Part shown: in pieces, positions 12,890 to 25,165 of the stretch | Numbering within the stretch: the stretch's first letter is position 1 | Layout of the letters: each line of letters begins with the position of its first letter | From: Eledone cirrhosa | Lineage: Eukaryota | DNA: 64,000 bases | Reading direction: 5' to 3' | Assembly (NCBI GenBank): GCA_964016885.1 | Contig: OZ024742.1 | Location: forward strand, 246,016,001 to 246,080,000 | Translations under genes and position numbers: made by a program | The notes under the pieces: model-generated | The model's input: the letters and a program-made list of their open reading frames with translations, nothing else | Told to the model about the DNA's origin: nothing | The model's database searches: none

Positions 12890-13080
12890 TAATAATTGTT
12901 TCTACTTTTGGCACAAGGCCAGCAATTGTCCCAGTACATTACTGGTACTTTATTTTATTGACCCCATAAGGATGAAAGACAAAGGTAACCTCGGTGGGAT
13001 TTGAACTCAGACCGTAAGGGACCGTAACTCTATGCTGCAAAGCATGGTGTCTGACCCTCTACCGATACTGCCACCATAAT
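12890..13080 (-). mobile_element. tRNA-derived SINE (Meta-domain-like family)
   Basis: Reverse complement of the 17820-18010 and 63810-63995 copies; B-box GAGTTCAAATCC and core TTTCATCCTTATGGGGTCAATAAAATAAAGTACCAG. Confidence 0.75.
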
Positions 13081-13806
13081 AATGGGATTTGAAAATGACT
13101 ATTGTTACTGAAAGTAAATCTATTCCACATACCACCACCACAAATGAAACTAAGAGACAGCCAACCTTGTGGTCCTGGCCAACAGGATGTGGGTTCACAT
13201 GGCAGACATAGTGGAAGGCTTTGCTGATGTTAAGCACAACAACATTGCTTTATCTAAAGTTGTCAAAGTAGAAGGACCACTATTGAATAATATAGAAGAA
13301 TAAGTCTCAAGTAGACCTGACACTGATGCCAAGCTATATTACCCTATGCTAGAGTGTATATATATATAATGTATATATGAGTTGCAATGTCACTGGTGCC
13401 AAGCTGTGTTGGCTTTTGCCTTTCCCTTGGACAACAATGGTGGTGTGCAGAGGGGGAGATGGTATGCATGGGTGATTGCTGGTCTTCCACATAAACAACA
13501 TGCCTGGGCTTGTTTCTTGGAGGGGAACTTTCTAGATGCAACTCCCATAGATATACATCTTTACCCTTTTTAGTGAGATAGGGTGGTGTGAAAAGGAGGA
13601 ATTGAATTTTTTCGCATGCGACAGTGTACAGTTGGCAGTAAAGTAAACAGCAAATATAGGTTTTGCATTGGGAGAGGTACAAAGAGAGCTGTTGTGTTTA
13701 ATGAATGATGTTTAGAATGTAATAAGAATATTAAAAACAACAAAAAATGCTAAATTAAAAAAAAAGAAAAGAAACAAAAAAAAAAGAAAAAAAAAAGAAA
13801 ACTAAC

Positions 13807-14018
13807 GTTTTCCGGATACGAGCAATAATAGGTGGAGCTATGTTGTCTTTGTTGTATGTTTTAAGTTTCTCCAAAAATTTCATGTCACCAAGTAGCTTCT
13901 GTGAGGGTCCCCAATAATCATCAAACATTTTCCCACTACCATCAGGCTTTCTTTCAGGTTTTATCATTAACATAACACATACTGATTCCATGACCAATTT
14001 CACAACAGTTGGTGGATT
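13807..14018 (-). CDS. DNAH3: DNAH3-like exon (microtubule-binding domain)
   Basis: NPPTVVKLVMESVCVMLMIKPERKPDGSGKMFDDYWGPSQKLLGDMKFLEKLKTYNKDNI...; CAG acceptor, GTTAGT donor; 212 nt, phase 0-2. Confidence 0.93.
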
Positions 14019-14039
14019 CTGAAATATAAAACAGCCATA

Positions 14040-14933
14040 TAAGGATTTCTAATTTAAGCAAATGGCCAACAATTTGTGGGGAGAGGAAAGTTGATTATAT
14101 CAACCCCTCTACATGCCTGGTACTTTATTTTATTGACTCCAGAACAATGAAAGACGAAGTTGACCGTGGCAAGATTTGAACTTAGAACGTAAAGAGTCAG
14201 AACAAATATCGTAAAGCATTTGTCCAATGCTCTAGCAATTCTGCCAACCAACCACCCTTTTTCTTTCAAAAGTTTATTTAAGACTCCTTTAGTGAATATC
14301 CAGACCAAGATTGAACCATCACCTGGATCTCTACCATTACTACATACCTTACCATTCAGCCACTGAGACAGCTTTAATACTGTCTAATAATTGTTTCTAG
14401 TTTTGGCACAAGGCCAGCAATTATCCCAGTGCATTACTGGTGCTTTATTTTATCGACCCCATAAAGATGAAAGGCAAAATTAATCTCGGCGGGGCTTGAA
14501 CTCAGACTGTCTAATAATGGTTTCTGATTTAGGCACAAGGTCAACAATTTTGGGGGAGAGGAAAGTCAATTAAATCGATCACTGTGTTACTGCTACTTTA
14601 TTTTATCGACTTCCGTAAGGATGAAAGGCAAAGTTAACCTTGGTGGGATTTGAACTCTATGCTGCAAAGCATGTTGTCCAACTTTCTACCAAAACTGCCA
14701 AAGGACTGTCTAATAATGATTTTTTTATTTAAGCACAAGGCCAACAATTTATGGAAAGAGGAATTTGATTACACTGATACCAGTATGTGACTGGTACCTT
14801 ATTTTATTGACCCCAGAAGGATGAAACTTGGCTGGATTTGAACTCAGAATGTAAAGAGCCAGAGCAAATGCTGTAAAGCACTTTGACAGTCATCGCAATG
14901 ACTCTGCCAATCCACTGCTGGTCAGTCTAATAA
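14040..14933 (-). mobile_element. Cluster of four SINE copies (same Meta-like family)
   Basis: Repeated GCACAAGGCC...CTGGTACTTTATTTTAT.GACCCC...GATGAAA...TTGAACTC blocks at about 14040, 14390, 14518 and 14717. Confidence 0.75.
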
Positions 14934-15689
14934 ACTTTGTACTCAACTGTTGTCACTAGAGAGACAACATTCTCTCGACTCATATGATAACATCAGAGTG
15001 ATCTCTGTGTTTTCCATACTTGTTAGAGGGCTCTCATGTGCTACGCACAGACTAGTTAGATGAGTAGGTCTTGCTAGTACACCTTGTTTCAGCTTGGTTT
15101 CTAAAGCTGATGCTCTTCCTAACACCAACCACTTAGCAATGTGTACTAGGAGCATTTTATCATGACTCCAGCACTACAAACTTACAGGGTGGACTAGGCG
15201 GTTTTCGATGTGACACCAGCACTACCACATTAAGGGTGGACTGGGTGCTTTTGTTGGGACACTAGCACCACCTATTTTCAGAGTGTACTGGGTACTTTTG
15301 TTTTTGGCCCCAGCACTACCTCATTATAGCACTGAGGTGCTTAGTGTCTTGGTCTTGCTGGGGAGGCATTGGTGAGGGTTTAAGTTGGGGTACAGATATC
15401 ACACTGCTAGTGAAGGTGGGGGCGGGGTCAGGTCAGGGAGGCAGCATTAAAGCAAGTAGATGGTGTCTGATATATATATATATATATGCACACACATATT
15501 TACATCCAATAAAGTGGTTGATGATAGAAAGGGCACAGTGCTGTAGAAACCATGCCAAAAAGGGTCAAGAGGACCCTTTAGTTATGTAAACGGTGATCTA
15601 TATGATAAATGCACCCAGTACTTGCTGTAAAGTTGTTAGTGAGAGGAAAAGAATCCAGCTGTAGAAAGTGGGGGGGGGGGATATATATA

Positions 15690-16560
15690 TAATAATGAAA
15701 TACACGCATATTCATATGGATATGTGTGAGTGTGGTGTCTGCCTTAACAAGTTTTTCTCGATGACCGAAAGAGCCAAAATAACTAAAATGATTAAATAAA
15801 CTCCATAATCAGAGCTATTTATCAAATTGCAAAATATGAGGAAATAATAGACAAAAATATACCTATTTTTTCTTTAAAGTCCCGACTGCAGTTTTGCTGA
15901 TCCGTGTGCCCCGATTTCTGCACTATAAGAGTGCATCATCGCTGTGAGACCCCCTCAGAAAAAAGGACTGTTATTATTTCCTCATATTTTGTAATTTGAT
16001 AAGTAGCTCTGATTATGGAGTTAATTTAATTATTTTAGTTATTTTGGTTCTTTCAGTTATCAAGCAAAACTTAAGGCAGACACCACACTGACACAAATCC
16101 ATATGAATATGTATGTGTATTCCATTATTATATTGTTCCAAACTCCCCTGTGGTCGAGTTAACCACGAGTTTATTAACTGCTTTTTCTAGCAAATACGTT
16201 ATTCGCTCACTGTTCACCTTACTATCCTTCTGTGACCACTGTATCATGTGTTTATCTCTCTCCCCGCCTCTTGAGAAATTTTCACTTGCTACGAAAGAAA
16301 CAATCCTTTTTTTTTACCACTGTATCATGTGTTAATCTCTCCCTCCACCTATAAGACTTTCTCACTTGCTATTAACGTGTCAAGAAACAGTCCTTTTTTC
16401 TGAGGAGTCTCTTGATAAGCCGTATCAACCTTACAGCGATGATGCACTTTTATAGTGCAGAAATCGGTGCACACGGATCAGCGAACCTGCAGTCAGGACT
16501 TCGAAGGAAAAATAGGTATATTTTTGTCTATTATTTCCTCATATTTTGTAATTTGATATA
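15690..16560. mobile_element. Penelope-like non-coding element with nested inverted repeats
   Basis: 15690-15850 is inverted with 15971-16131; 15820-15972 is inverted with 16387-16558; hammerhead-like motif at 16434-16482; TA-rich flanks. Confidence 0.6.
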
Positions 16561-16571
16561 TATACATATGT

Positions 16572-16720
16572 AAAGACTGAGGACGCCGATGGCTGAGCTC
16601 CAACCATTTCAACAGCTAGTTTGAATCTAACTGTCGAAACCGCCAGAGCCCAGCCATCGGCATCCTCAATCTTTTTATATTACCCACTCTACTACCCCAA
16701 GTATTGAGTACTCTGGTGGG
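16572..16720. mobile_element. Short palindromic element with hammerhead 3'-half
   Basis: About 48-bp imperfect arms around TTTGAAT, followed by GTATTGAGTAC; related copies at 32500-32600 and 37877-37935. Confidence 0.6.
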
Positions 16721-16884
16721 TTATAGTCTAACACAAACATATATATATATATGTTTGTGTTCATCAATCAGTAATTGTTTCTTACTTGATCAATTAATAC
16801 TAGTGTATGCAGGTTTTAGCACTCAACATTGTATAGTTTCCAGACTGTAATCACTTATGCTTATATACGATGGAGTTTTGTATA

Positions 16885-17275
16885 AAAATGATGAACAAGG
16901 CAGTATTCTGGAATCTTACATCATTTTATTAATTATGTCATTGCTGTTATACACATTTCAATTATGTAAATGATACAACCTCATCAGACAGCCATTATGT
17001 AATTGTTCATACTGCGATATGTTCCAGGCAAGTATTTTTGATGTCACCTCGAGCCTGGCTAATGTATACGATACATATATGAGATGTTAGCTGGGCTCAA
17101 AGTGACAACATCAAAAATATTCATTTGGAACATATCACAGAATGAAACAATTACATAATAGCTGTCTGACGAGGTTGTATCAAACATAATTGATACCATT
17201 AAAATGCATATACCAGCAATGATATAATAAATAAAATGATGTAAAATTCCAGAATACTGCCTTATTCTTCATTTA
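16885..17275. mobile_element. About 390-bp fold-back element with a hammerhead motif in each arm
   Basis: Arms 16885-17065 and 17085-17275 are diverged reverse complements. Confidence 0.75.
16940..16996 (-). ncRNA. Type I hammerhead ribozyme motif
   Basis: GCUGU-CUGAUGA-stem II (GGUUGUA...UACAUAAUU)-GAAA-UG UG UA-UA-ACAGC; 5-bp stem I GCUGU/ACAGC; minimal stem III. Confidence 0.7.
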
Positions 17276-17537
17276 TATATATGTGTGTGTGTGTGTGTGT
17301 AAATAAAACGGTGCCCTTTTCCATTTGATGCCTTAAACGTGTGCTTTTTTGTTTAATGGTTAATCCAGCTCTGGACATCTAGCTCTAAAATTACTTGTGA
17401 GTACTTGTATTTGCAAATACATCCAATTTATTGATGAATGGGATGATGACAATGATGATGATGAAAACCAATGTAAAAAAGATTAATAATTAAAGAAACA
17501 AGTAATAAATAGAAACAAAAGGAAAAAGATATCTCAC

Positions 17538-17705
17538 CATCATTGATTTGAGCATCGTGATATCAGAGGGTTTCAAAGTATTGAGAGCATGAATAGCAGA
17601 CTCCAGTGCTGGGATTGCTTCAGCCAGGTCACTCTCACATTCATCTTTGATGGCTTGAGAAGCTGCAGCTGCTTCATTAGCAATTGCCTCATCAGCAGCA
17701 ACGAC
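17538..17705 (-). CDS. DNAH3: DNAH3-like exon (stalk CC1/MTBD; not in ORF track)
   Basis: Manual translation VVAADEAIANEAAAASQAIKDECESDLAEAIPALESAIHALNTLKPSDITMLKSMM; CAG acceptor, GTGAGA donor; 168 nt. Confidence 0.93.
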
Positions 17706-17819
17706 CTGTCATAGATGATATATTGATTGGCTTCAAATCAACAATTTTTTACACTGATAAAGAGAAATACTAAAAAACTTTTAAAAATACCATTACTATT
17801 TATTATATTATCCGCCAAA

Positions 17820-18010
17820 GGGCGGTGGATTGGCAGTATCGGTAGAGGGTCGGACGCCATGCTTTCCAGCATAGTTACGTCCCTTTACGATCTGAATTCA
17901 AATCCCGCCGAGGTTGACTTTGCCTTTCATCCTTACGGGGTCGATAAAATAAAGTACCAGTAATGCACTGGGTAATTGCTGGCCTTGTGCCTAAAGTAGA
18001 AACAATTATA
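17820..18010 (+). mobile_element. tRNA-derived SINE (Meta-domain-like)
   Basis: A-box-like TGGCAGTATCGGTAG, B-box-like GAATTCAAATCC, core GACTTTGCCTTTCATCCTTACGGGGTCGATAAAATAAAGTACCAG. Confidence 0.75.
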
Positions 18011-18600
18011 TTATCTACCACCTTTATGCAAGTCAGCAAGCATAACTTCACACGAATGGTCTCTGTTTCCCATCAAGGTTTGTAGGTCATCCTAGTCAAT
18101 TCCAGTGTCTCTTACTATGGTAAAGAAGATCTCCCACAACAAATAATAAGTGCTGAAAAAAATCAGCCACCAACCATATCTCTTCCAGCATGGAAAATGG
18201 TTAAAAAATGATGCTGATGATAATGACGTCTATAATATATATAACATGGAGATGGATGTTAGAAATAGTAACATTGAAAAACAAGTCCATCTCTATGTTA
18301 CTAGGTTGTATTGCCTAAGAAATATATTACCTAAAATGTTGTCTGAAGAAATTGTGTCAATAATTGTGTTATAGTATCATTATGTTATAAAGACTAGCAC
18401 CATAAAATGTGTATTACAGCAAATTACAAAATAAAGAGAATTATGGAAATCTAACCTTTGTATTGATTATTATTGTTATTATTTGTGATCCCACATCATG
18501 ATTAGAAAGATGCATATGATGTTGAGTACTTTCATCCAACTTACTCCATTATCTATTGATTGGAGTGACATCAAACACAATTCCAACTGCCAAATAACAC

Positions 18601-18659
<59 letters not shown>

Positions 18660-19042
18660 TATATATATATTTATATATATATATATATACATACAAATGA
18701 ATATATGAGGGGTGAACCCCGATGCAAGTATACATGTGTTCGAATTGCAAATGACCAAGTTAGCTAGGTTGAAAAATACTAATTTTGTATTAGACGGCTC
18801 GGAAATATTCCCTTCTTTGAGCTATTTAATTGTAAAAGACTATTTCAAGTTTATAACTCAATATATGATATATATATATATATACATATGTATTTATATA
18901 TATTTAATCTAGTTTGTAATATGACTTTAGAAGCATGACTGAAACCACAAACCTTGCTCACCATAATACAAAAGTAGACTCAATATGAATAACAACAAAA
19001 AATACAAAGAGAACTATAGTAATGTTCAGTAATAATACTGAC

Positions 19043-19328
19043 CTCTTTTTTTGCTTCAACTTCTACAGTATCCTGCTCAATTTTCACCATTAGTTTCTCT
19101 GTATCTTCAGATGTCTTAATTAGTTCTGGTTGCAAATCTGTTAGTTCCTGCTGCATTATAGACACTTGGGAAGCAGCAAATTCAAGTTGTTCCAAACCAG
19201 TTAGATACCGGTTTTTCATCATTAGGATCTCAGTTCGTTTTGATGTCAAAAGATTTTTGAAGGTCAGGATTAGCTCTAAGTAAGATGTTGGTGTTACGTA
19301 GTTGTGACGTCGTAAGATGTCGTAATAG
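19043..19328 (-). CDS. DNAH3: DNAH3-like exon (AAA4 end, stalk CC1)
   Basis: YYDILRRHNYVTPTSYLELILTFK...NRYLTGLEQLEFAASQV...EAKKE; CAG acceptor, GTCAGT donor; 286 nt, phase 2-0. Confidence 0.94.
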
Positions 19329-22164
19329 CTGTGGACAGAAATAAAAAGATAGGAGAGGTTTAGTTATCATTTATCATATCAGTTTTTCCATGCTGGTATC
19401 ATCATCATCATTGAACGTCCATTTCGTACGCTAGCATGGATAGGATGTGCTGTCCCTTTGTGAGAGATCAGGTAAGAGGATCATGTTTCGCTCACACAGA
19501 GGTGATTTTGGCTTCGTTTCTATAGCTGGATGCCCTTCCTAATGCCAACCACATATGCAGTATATGCTGGGTCCTTTTTGTCATGATATCTACATGACCA
19601 CTACTTTACAGTGTGGACTGGGTACTTTTTGTCGTGACTCCTGCATGACCACTTTACAGTGTGGACTCGGCGCTTTTGTTTTGACACATACACTGGTATG
19701 ATTGGAATATTTTTGAGGCTGTATTTTATGACCAGATTCCCTTCCTCATACCAGTGCTTACTTTTTTAAAAAGTAAAATATGATCTTTTCACATCAAACC
19801 TCTGAGCTGCTAGATATATTGTTTATGCAGAACAATTGTTTGTGTGTGACAGTTGTGAAGCAAATTTCATAACCACACAAATATCCCTGTGCCTAGAAAT
19901 GCAATTTAATCAAATATGATGGTGGATGGCAGAACTTGTAGATCATCAGACAAAATACCTAGTGGGATTTGGTTATATCCATTTACATTCTGAGTTCAAA
20001 TCCTACCCACGATGACTTAGCTTTTCATTCTTCAATAAGTAGCAGTGAAGTACTGGTGTCTATATAATTGATTATTCTATACCCTTGAATCTTGAAAGAT
20101 TTGTCCCTGCATGGTCATAGTCCACTGATGTCCCTGTATGGCCATAGACCAATGACTGAAAGTAGTAAAATAATAAGGAACCCCAGTATATCTTGTCTTG
20201 TACTAATGTTATCAACTGCAGAATGTTGAGAGAGAAATTTGAACTAGGTGGGATTTTAAATCAGAATGTAAATTGACTTAATAGAATACACCACAAGGCA
20301 TTTGCTATTTCACTGCCCTTTGCCAGAATCCCATCTCTTACATTATTAAAAGACTAATGGTGTGCAACAACATCAGACTTATTGAGCTAAGATAATTTTA
20401 AATTCATTTCAGACAAAGGCCTGGAGTTAGATCTTATTAGATGGATTCTATATAGTGGGAGCTGTTTGGTAAAGTGTTTAACTTTTTCACTGCTTGTATA
20501 TTTTTAAACAAAGCAAAACCCGTAGTTATATAGAATGTACATGCACACGAGAGAAAGAATACAAATATGACAGCCAGTTGGAATTTTAATCTACATCTTC
20601 TCAGTAACACCTCAGTGTAATCACCATTACATTACATATACTCAATAAAATCCACTCTGTTACAAGCATTTGAAGCAGGTCACAGGTTTGAGGATACCAT
20701 ACTCTCTCCTTCCCACCAGTCTTACAGATTCTGAAAGGAGTTGTGAGCATTACCCTTCCTCAATAAGGAAAAAAAAAAAAAGAACATGTCAGAGAAAAAG
20801 AAATGTAAAAACATTATAACCCTTAGTTAGTCACTTTTGGCAATGATAATTGATGAAACTACAGGCTTGCCCTAATTCAGTGAACACCTAAATCATGGAT
20901 CAGAAATCCTAAAAAAGAAAACACACTAAAAGCACATCAATTTTCAACAATTTCTGAGTTCCAGAATATGACATGTTCATGTTACACCCATGTTAAAAGT
21001 CTGTTCTAAGCCGAAGGCTCATTCAGGCCAGTGCTTATCCTTGGTTTTCTTGGCACTAAATGGCTGAGAGTACAAAGGTCTCCCTGAACAGGATGCCAGT
21101 CTATTGCAGGATTAACTCTCCAGCTACTGATGGTACTCATCTTAGCTGCGTGTACTGGAGTAATGTGAAATAGTGTTTTGCTCAAGAACACAACGCAGCA
21201 GCCTGTCCAGGAATCAAACCAACTTTACAATCATACATCAAGCATAATAACCTTTAGGCTATGCACCTTTACTTACACCCATGTAAATTTATCTAAATTA
21301 GATGCTTGGATACTGCTAGCTCCCACCCCAGCATGAGTCAGTGGGATGAGACCGAGGGGACTGCAAAAGGTCAGATTGTATCACTATCTTCCCATTCCAC
21401 AGTGGTAAGCCCCTCATCTGTGCAACATGCAGCGATACTTTCCCCAGCAGCAACCTAGTACATTCAGCAACAGGCATAGGTTTAGTTGCCTGACAAACTG
21501 AAGATCACAAGCTATTGATGTACCAGTCACTTTCTGATAGGTTTGTTGTTGGACCTATAGCAATGGAGACTTCCAAAGTTCTGGGTCCCCAAACCAACTC
21601 CCTACTGATTGCTATTGGGACAGAGTTAGCCACCCGCAAGGGTGAGCCCCATGAGTTGGAATGGCTTTTCAGCACATCTCTCTCACTATCCACTGGGGTA
21701 ACGGGTGGCATATAGCATACATATGGGGTTCTGCACATTGGAGAGACAGAACAAACAAATAAACAGGGGAGGGGATCCATGACAACCTTTCATTGACTGG
21801 TTTGTGTTGTTACCATTGGCTACTACATACACTAGATATCATCATCATCATTATCATCACCATTTTACGTCCATTCTTTCATGCTAGCATGGGTTAGACA
21901 GGTTGTCTTGTTGTGGGCAATGTTAGGTTGGCTGACCTTGTCTTGCTCATACGGGAACTGATTTTGGCTTGATTTCTACAGCTGGATGCCCTTCCTAACA
22001 CCAACCTCTTTTACAGTGAGTGCTGGGTCCTTTTTTTTCCATGGCGCCTACACTAGATACTACTGGCTAAATTTGGTTTGTTTAATTTTGGAATTATTAA
22101 GTACATTAGAAGTGTAGTGTTATTTTCAACATAAAATAGAAGGATGGGGAAAGTTGTTACTCAC

Positions 22165-22298
22165 GTCTCAGACATCAGGCGTACAGATTCATGGAAATGT
22201 TTGCACATGACCACACATTCATGCTTGGTAGATTCATCCATTTCAGTTTCCTCCAGAAATTTGTTGGCAACCATCTCCAGAGCATCTGGAGGCCAAGC
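22165..22298 (-). CDS. DNAH3: DNAH3-like exon (not in ORF track)
   Basis: Manual translation AWPPDALEMVANKFLEETEMDESTKHECVVMCKHFHESVRLMSE; TAG acceptor, GTGAGT donor; 134 nt, phase 0-2. Confidence 0.92.
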
Positions 22299-22789
22299 CT
22301 AGAAAAAATAATTCATATATACATAGATACATGTATGTTTATTCAAAATTTGTTAGTAACCATCTTCAGAGCATCTGGAGACAAATACTAGAAAAATTAT
22401 TGTAATATATATGGATACATATATGTTTATTTAAAATATATGGAGGCGAAGCCTAGAAAAATAATTGTTACATATAGATACATATATGTTTATTTAAACA
22501 GTTTAATCACCAATTCAGTTTTCCATTCTGTGATCTTTCAGATAAGTTCTACACTATATGATCTTTCAGATGTTAAGTAGTGACCAAAATCTCAGTTTAA
22601 GTAAATATATGAATAACTTACACTTCAATCACTTAGGGCTATCTTCTTGCTTTGTTTAAAAATTATAATAACTGATTGCTCCATTTACTTTTAGTGCCAT
22701 AGTACTTATACAGGAAAGTGGCACTTTAGTATTATGTCATGTTGCCACTCCTCTCAATCCAGTTTCATCTCTTTTGTGAGGTTGTTTAT

Positions 22790-24610
22790 CTAACCTCTGG
22801 TCTGCTCTCAGTCTTTGTCAGATATTAGCCTCTAGTCTGCTCTCAGTCTTTGTCAGATATTAGCCTCTAGTCTGCTCCCAGTCTTTCTCAGACACTAGCC
22901 TCTAGTCTGCTCACAGTCTTTGTCAGATATTAGCCTCTAGTCTGCTCTCAGTCTTTGTCAGACACTAGCCTCTAGTCTGCTCCCAGTCTTTCTCAGACAC
23001 TAGCCTCTAGTCTGCTCACAGTCTTTATCAGACACTAGCCTCTAGTCTGCTCCCAGTCTTTCTCAGACACTAGCCTCTAGTCTGCTCACAGTCTTTATCA
23101 GACACTAGCCTCTAGTCTGCTCCCAGTCTTTGTCAGATACTAGCCTCTAGTTTGCTCCCAGTCTTTGTCAGATACTAGCCTCTAGTTTGCTCCCAGTCTT
23201 TGTCAGATATTAGCCTCTAGTCTGCTCCCAGTCTTTCTCAGACACTAGCCTCTAGTCTGCTCCCAGTCTTTGTCAGATATTAGCCTCTAGTCTGCTCCCA
23301 GTCTTTGTCAGACACTAGCCTCTAGTCTGCTCCCAGTCTTTGTCAGATATTAGCCTCTAGTCTGCTCCCAGTCTTTCTCAGACACTAGCCTCTAGTCTGC
23401 TCACAGTCTTTATCAGACACTAGCCTCTAGTCTGCTCCCAGTCTTTGTCAGATACTAGCCTCTAGTTTGCTCCCAGTCTTTGTCAGATACTAGCCTCTAG
23501 TTTGCTCCCAGTCTTTGTCAGATATTAGCCTCTAGTCTGCTCCCAGTCTTTCTCAGACACTAGCCTCTAGTCTGCTCCCAGTCTTTGTCAGATATTAGCC
23601 TCTAGTCTGCTCCCAGTCTTTCTCAGACACTAGCCTCTAGTCTGCTCACAGTCTTTATCAGACACTAGCCTCTAGTCTGCTCCCAGTCTTTGTCAGATAC
23701 TAGCCTCTAGTTTGCTCCCAGTCTTTGTCAGATACTAGCCTCTAGTTTGCTCCCAGTCTTTGTCAGATATTAGCCTCTAGTCTGCTCCCAGTCTTTCTCA
23801 GACACTAGCCTCTAGTCTGCTCCCAGTCTTTGTCAGATACTAGCCTCTAGTCTGCTCCCAGTCTTTGTCAGATATTAGCCTCTAGTCTGCTCCCAGTCTT
23901 TCTCAGACACTAGCCTCTAGTCTGCTCCCAGTCTTTATCAGACACTAGCCTCTAGTCTGCTCCCAGTCTTTCTCAGACACTAGCCTCTAGTCTGCTCCCA
24001 GTCTTTATCAGACACTAGCCTCTAGTCTGCTCCCAGTCTTTGTCAGATATTAGCCTCTAGTCTGCTCCCAGTCTTTCTCAGACACTAGCCTCTAGTCTGC
24101 TCACAGTCTTTATCAGACACTAGCCTCTAGTCTGCTCCCAGTCTTTGTCAGATACTAGCCTCTAGTTTTCTCCCAGTCTTTGTCAGATACTAGCCTCTAG
24201 TTTGCTCCCAGTCTTTGTCAGATACTAACCTCTAGTTTGCTCCCAGTCTTTGTCAGATATTAGCCTCTAGTCTGCTCACAGTCTTTATCAGACACTAGCC
24301 TCTAGTCTGCTCCCAGTCTTTATCAGACACTAGCCTCTAGTCTGCTCCCAGTCTTTATCAGACACTAGCCTCTAGTCTGCTCCCAGTCTTTGTCAGATAT
24401 TAGCCTCTGGTGTGCTGCTAGTCTTTTTCAGATATTAGCCTCTGGTCTGCTCCCAGTCTTTCTCAGATATTAGCCTCTGGTCTGCTCCCAGTCTTTGTCA
24501 GTTACTAGCTTTTGGTTTGCTCCCAAACTTTGTTAGATACTAGCCTCTGTTCTACTCTCAGTTTTGTCAGATACTAACATCTGGTATGCTCTGTCTTTCT
24601 CAGATACTAG
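22790..24610. repeat. 35-bp minisatellite (TAGCCTCTAGTCTGCTCCCAGTCTTTGTCAGATAT), about 50 copies
   Basis: Period of 35 measured (22861 to 22896); homogeneous core with degenerate ends; no spacers. Confidence 0.95.
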
Positions 24611-24889
24611 ACTCTGTTCTGCAAACACAAATTGGCAGTGTATTTATAATGTTTACTTCATACTGTGACTTATGGTGTCATGAGATTTCAGCATGTGAAC
24701 ACGTGTCTGGCTTGGCATTTTTAGGACTCCCACAGTCCACCCGAAATGGGGAAGCCCCTACAAAAGTTGGAGTAAACATCAGACACCCCACACTTTCATT
24801 TGGTTAGCTAACTGTGACTGACAGACGACACATCTTAGTAGTCAGAACAATAATAATAATTATTCACATTCCCAACATGGAAATCTTCT

Positions 24890-25165
24890 AGTGTGTAAAC
24901 CTTTAACAGTTGGAACACAGAAAGTCTGAATGCTGATTTATGATAGCTCTAACAACTGTGTAGAAAGATGAACTACCCTAGTGTACAGAGAACTAACTAG
25001 ATTCAATATAGACATAGCAGCTTTAAAGAGAACTAGACTTATTGCAGAGGGAAACCTTAAAGAAGCTGGAACCAAATATAGAATATTTTTGAAAGGAAAG
25101 AGCACAACTAAGAAGAACACCCATGGCATTGAATTTGCCATAAAGACCTACTTTGCAACTTAATA
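24890..25165 (+). mobile_element. RTE LINE APE N-terminal remnant
   Basis: LTVGT...RELTRFNIDIAALKRTRLIAEGNLKE...HGIEFAIK resembles the RTE endonuclease N-terminus; contains stops. Confidence 0.65.

Noticed and set aside
21300-21760. GC-richer segment, possible LINE 5'UTR with an HDV-like ribozyme
   Set aside because: I could not assemble the nested double pseudoknot by eye, and there is no adjacent ORF.
22790-24610. CRISPR-like 35-bp repeats
   Set aside because: Contiguous units without unique spacers, no cas genes, and a eukaryotic intron context.
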